Below, in pieces: positions 60,501-64,000 of a stretch of 64,000 bases of DNA. A model generated the notes under the pieces. The model had not been told where the DNA came from. It saw only the letters and a list, made by a program, of their open reading frames with translations, and did no database searches. This DNA comes from Mobula birostris (Eukaryota), in contig NC_092384.1 in NCBI RefSeq assembly GCF_030028105.1, forward strand, positions 16,685,629-16,749,628, read 5' to 3'. Numbering within the stretch: position 1 is the first letter of the stretch; each line of letters begins with the position of its first letter. A program made the position numbers and the translations under genes.

Positions 60501-63500
60501 CCTCCTGCCAAGCCTCGCCTCTAGCCTCAAGCCTCAAGCCTGAAGACTCCTGCCTCCTGCCTCCTGCCAAGCCTCGGCTCAAGTCTCTAGCGTTAAGCCT
60601 CAAGCTTCAAGACTACAGCCTCCTGCCTCCTGCCAAGCCTCGGCTCAAGTCTCTAGCCTCAACCTCAAGCCTGAAGGCTCCAGCATCCTGCCTCCTGCCA
60701 ACCCTCGCCTCTAGCCTGAAGCCTCAAACCTCAAGCCTGAAGACTCCAGCTTCCTGCCTCCTGCCAAGCCTCGCCTCTAGCCTCAAGCCTCAAGCCTGAG
60801 GACTCCAGCCTCCTGCCTCCTGTCAAGCCTCGGCTCAAGTCTCTAGCGTTAAGCCTCAAGCTTCAAGACTACAGCCTCCTGCCTCCTGCCAAGCCTCGGC
60901 TCAAGTCTTTAGCCTCAACCTCAAGCCTGAAGACTCCAGCAGCCTGCCACCTGCCAACCCTCGCCTCTAGCCTGAAGCCTCAAACCTCAAGCCTGAAGAC
61001 TCCAGCTTCCTGCCTCCTGCCAAGCCTCGCCTCTAGCCTCAAGCCTCAAGCGTCAAGGCTGAAGACTCCAGCCTCCTGCCTCCTGCCAAGCCTCGCCTCT
61101 AGCCTCAAGCCAAAAGCCTGAAGACTCCAGCCTCCTGCCTCTTGCCAAGCCTCTCCTCTACCCTCAAGCCTCAATCCTGGACTCCAGCCTCCTGCCTCCT
61201 GCCAAGCCTCGCTTCTAGCCTCTAGCCTCCAGCTCAAGCCTGAAGACTCCAGCCTCCTGCCTCCTGCCAAGCCTCGCCTGTAGCCTCAAGCCTCAAGCCT
61301 GAAGACTCCAGCCTCCTGCATCCTGCCAAGCCTCTCCTCTAGCCTCAAGCCTCAAGACTGGACTCCAGCCTCCTGCCTCCTTCCACGCCTCGCCTCTAGC
61401 TTAAATCCTCAAGCCTCAAGCCTGAAGACTCCAGCCTCCTGCCTCCTGCCAAGCCTCGCCTCTAGCCTCAGCCTCAAGCTTGAAGACTCCAGCCTCCTGC
61501 ATCCTGCCAAGCCTCGCCTCTAGTCTCTAGCCTCAAGCTTCAAGCCTGAAGACTCCAGACTCCTGCCTCCTGCCAAGCCTCGCCTCTAGCCTCAAGCCTC
61601 AAGCCTGAAGACTCCAGCCCCCTGCCTCATGCCAAGCCTCGCCTCTAGCCTCAAGTCCCAAACCTGAAGACTCTAGCCTCCTGCCTCCTGCCACGCCTCG
61701 CCTCTAGCCTCAAGTCCCAAACCTGAAGACTCTAGCCTCCTGCCTCCTGCCAAGCCTCGCCTCTAGCCTCAAGCCTCAAGCCTGAAGACTCCAGCCTCCT
61801 GCCTCCTGCCAAGCCTCGCCTCTAGCCTCTAGCCTCAAGGTTCAAGCCTGAAGACTCCACGCTCCTGCCTCCTGCCAAACCTCGCCTCTAGCCTCTAGCC
61901 TCAAGCTTCAAGCCTGAAGACTCCAGCCTCCTGCCTCCTGCCAAGCCTCGCCTCTAGCCTCAAGTCCCAAGCCTGAAAACTCCAGCCTCCTGCCTCCTGC
62001 CACGCCTCGCCTCTAGCCTCAATCCTCAAGCCTGAGGACTCCAGCCTCCTGCCTCCTGTCAAGCCTCGGCTCAAGTCTCTAGCCTCAAGCCTCAAGCCTG
62101 AAGACACCACCCTCCTGCCTTCTGCCAAGCCTCGCCTCTAGACTCAAACCTCAAGCCTCAAGCCTGAAGACTCCAGCCTCCTGCCTCCTGCCAACCCTCG
62201 CCTATAGCCTCAAGCCTCAAGCCCGAAGTCTCCAGCGTCCTGCCTACTGCCAACCCTCGCCTCTAGCCTCAAGCCTCAAGCCCGAAGACTCCAGCCTCCT
62301 GCGTCCTGCCAAGTCTCGCCTCTAGCCTCAAGCCTCAAGCCTCAAGCTTGAAGACTCCAGCTTCCTGCCTCCTGCCAAGCCTCGCCTCTAGCCTCTAGCC
62401 TCAAGCCTCAAACCTGAAGACACCAGCCTCCTGCCTCCTGCCAAGCCTCGCCTCTATCATCAAGCCTCAAGCCTGAAGTCTCCAGCCTCCTGCTTCCTGC
62501 CAAGCCTCGCCTCTAGCCTCAAGCCTCAAGCCTGAAGACTCCTGCCTCCTGCCTCCTGCCACGCTTCGCCTCTAGCCTCAAGCTTAAAGCCTGAAGACTC
62601 CAGCCTCCTGCCTCCTGCCAAGCCTCGCCTCTATCATCAAGCCTCAAGCCTGAAGACTCCAGCCTCCTGCCTCCTGCCAAGCCTCGCCTCTAGCCTCAAG
62701 CCTCAAGCCTGAGGACTCCAGCCTCCTGCATCCTGTCAAGCCTCGGCTCAAGTCTCTAGCGTTAAGCCTCAAGCTTCAAGACTACAGTCTCCTGCCTCCT
62801 GCCAAGCCTCGGCTCAAGTCTTTAGCCTCAACCTCAAGCCTGAAGACTCCAGCATCCTGCCTCCTGCCAACCCTCGCCTCTAGCCTGAAGCCTCAAACCT
62901 CAAGCCTGAAGACTCCAGCTTCCTGCCTCCTGCCAAGCCTCGCCTCTAGCCTCAAGCCTCAAGCCTCAATGCTGTCAAGCCTCGCCTCTAGCCTCAAGCC
63001 TCAAGCCTGAGGACCCCAGCCTCCTGCATCCTGTCAAGCCTCGGCTCAAGTCTCTAGCGTTAAGCCTCAAGCTTCAAGACTACAGCCTCCTGCCTCCTGC
63101 CAAGCCTCGGCTCAAGTCTTTAGCCTCAACCTCAAGCCTGAAGACTCCAGCCTCCTGCCTCCTGTCACGCCTCGCCTCTAGCCTCAAGCCTCAAGCCTGA
63201 GGACTCCAGCCTCCTGCCTCCTGCCACGCCTCGCCGCTAGCCTGAAGCATCAAGCCTGAAGACTCCAGCCTCCTGCCTCCTGCCAAGCGTCCCTTCTAGT
63301 CTCTAGCCTCAAGCTTCAAGCCTGAAGACTCCAGCCTCCTGCCTCCTGCCAAGCCTCTCCTCTAGCCTCAAGCCTAAAGCCTGAAGACTCCAGCCTCCTG
63401 CCTGCTGCCAAGCCTAGCCTCTAGCCTCAAGCTTCAAGCCTGAAGACTCCAGCCTCCTGCCTCCTGCCAAGCCTCGCCTCTAGCCACAAGACTCAAGCCT

Positions 63501-64000
63501 GAAAACTGCAGCCTCCTGCCTCCTGACAAGCCTCTCCTCTAGCCTCAAGCCTCTAGCTTGGACTCCAGCCTCCTGCCTCCTGCCAAGCCTCGCCTCTAGC
63601 CTCTAGCCTCAAGCTTCAAGCCTGAAGACTCCAGCCTCCTGCCTCCTGCCAAGCCTCGCCTCTAGCCTCAAGCCTCAAGCCTGGACTCCAGCTTCCTGCC
63701 TCCTGCCAAGCCTCGCCTCTAGCCTAAAGCCTCAAGCCCGAAGACGGCAGCCTCTTGCCTCATGCCACGTTTCGCCCCTAGCCTCAAGTCCCAAGCCTGA
63801 AGACTCCAGCCTCCTGCCTCCTGTCAAGCCTCGGCTGAAGTCTCTAGCGTTAAGCCTCAAGCCTGAAGACTCGTGCCTCCTGCCTCCTGCCTCCTGCCAA
63901 GCCTCGCCTCTAGCCTCAAGTCCCAAGCCTGAAGACTCCAGCCTCCTGCCTCCTGTAAAGCCTCGGCTCAAGTCTCTAGCGGTAAGCCTCAAGCTTCACG
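57546..64000 (+). repeat. Satellite-like tandem array, 52-bp core (CCTCAAGCCTGAAGACTCCAGCCTCCTGCCTCCTGCCAAGCCTCGCCTCTAG) plus 0-3 extra heptamers; runs off window end
   Basis: Direct reading; on the order of 100 units. Confidence 0.97.

Noticed and set aside
57083-64000. Tandem array as CRISPR or repeat-protein gene
   Set aside because: No unique spacers, eukaryotic context, and frames break after 57571.

Overview
Vertebrate genomic DNA, most likely a cartilaginous fish (inferred from the repeat types and the Ig-superfamily gene). There are two intact-looking spliced genes in tail-to-tail orientation. (1) NUDT21/CFIm25 on + has 7 exons, CDS 430-14297 and 226 aa, with all GT-AG junctions in phase. 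(2) An unnamed Ig-superfamily receptor on - (ATG 44396) has leader, germline-joined V-J-type exon, C1-set exon, Arg-containing transmembrane exon and a tentative tyrosine-motif tail. This is a non-rearranging, TCR-chain-like architecture. An RSS-like heptamer/nonamer with a 5-nt spacer lies in its leader intron. The rest is dense with decayed mobile elements: Tc1, hAT, a Sola-like DNA transposon, CR1, L1, RTE, Rex1-like, Gypsy and SINEs. Penelope-like elements carry minimal hammerhead ribozymes, one of them apparently intact. The last ~7 kb is a C-rich tandem array built from 7-mers that appears to grow out of an LTR-like sequence. All calls were made by eye, with no database searches. TE family names and TE boundaries are approximate.
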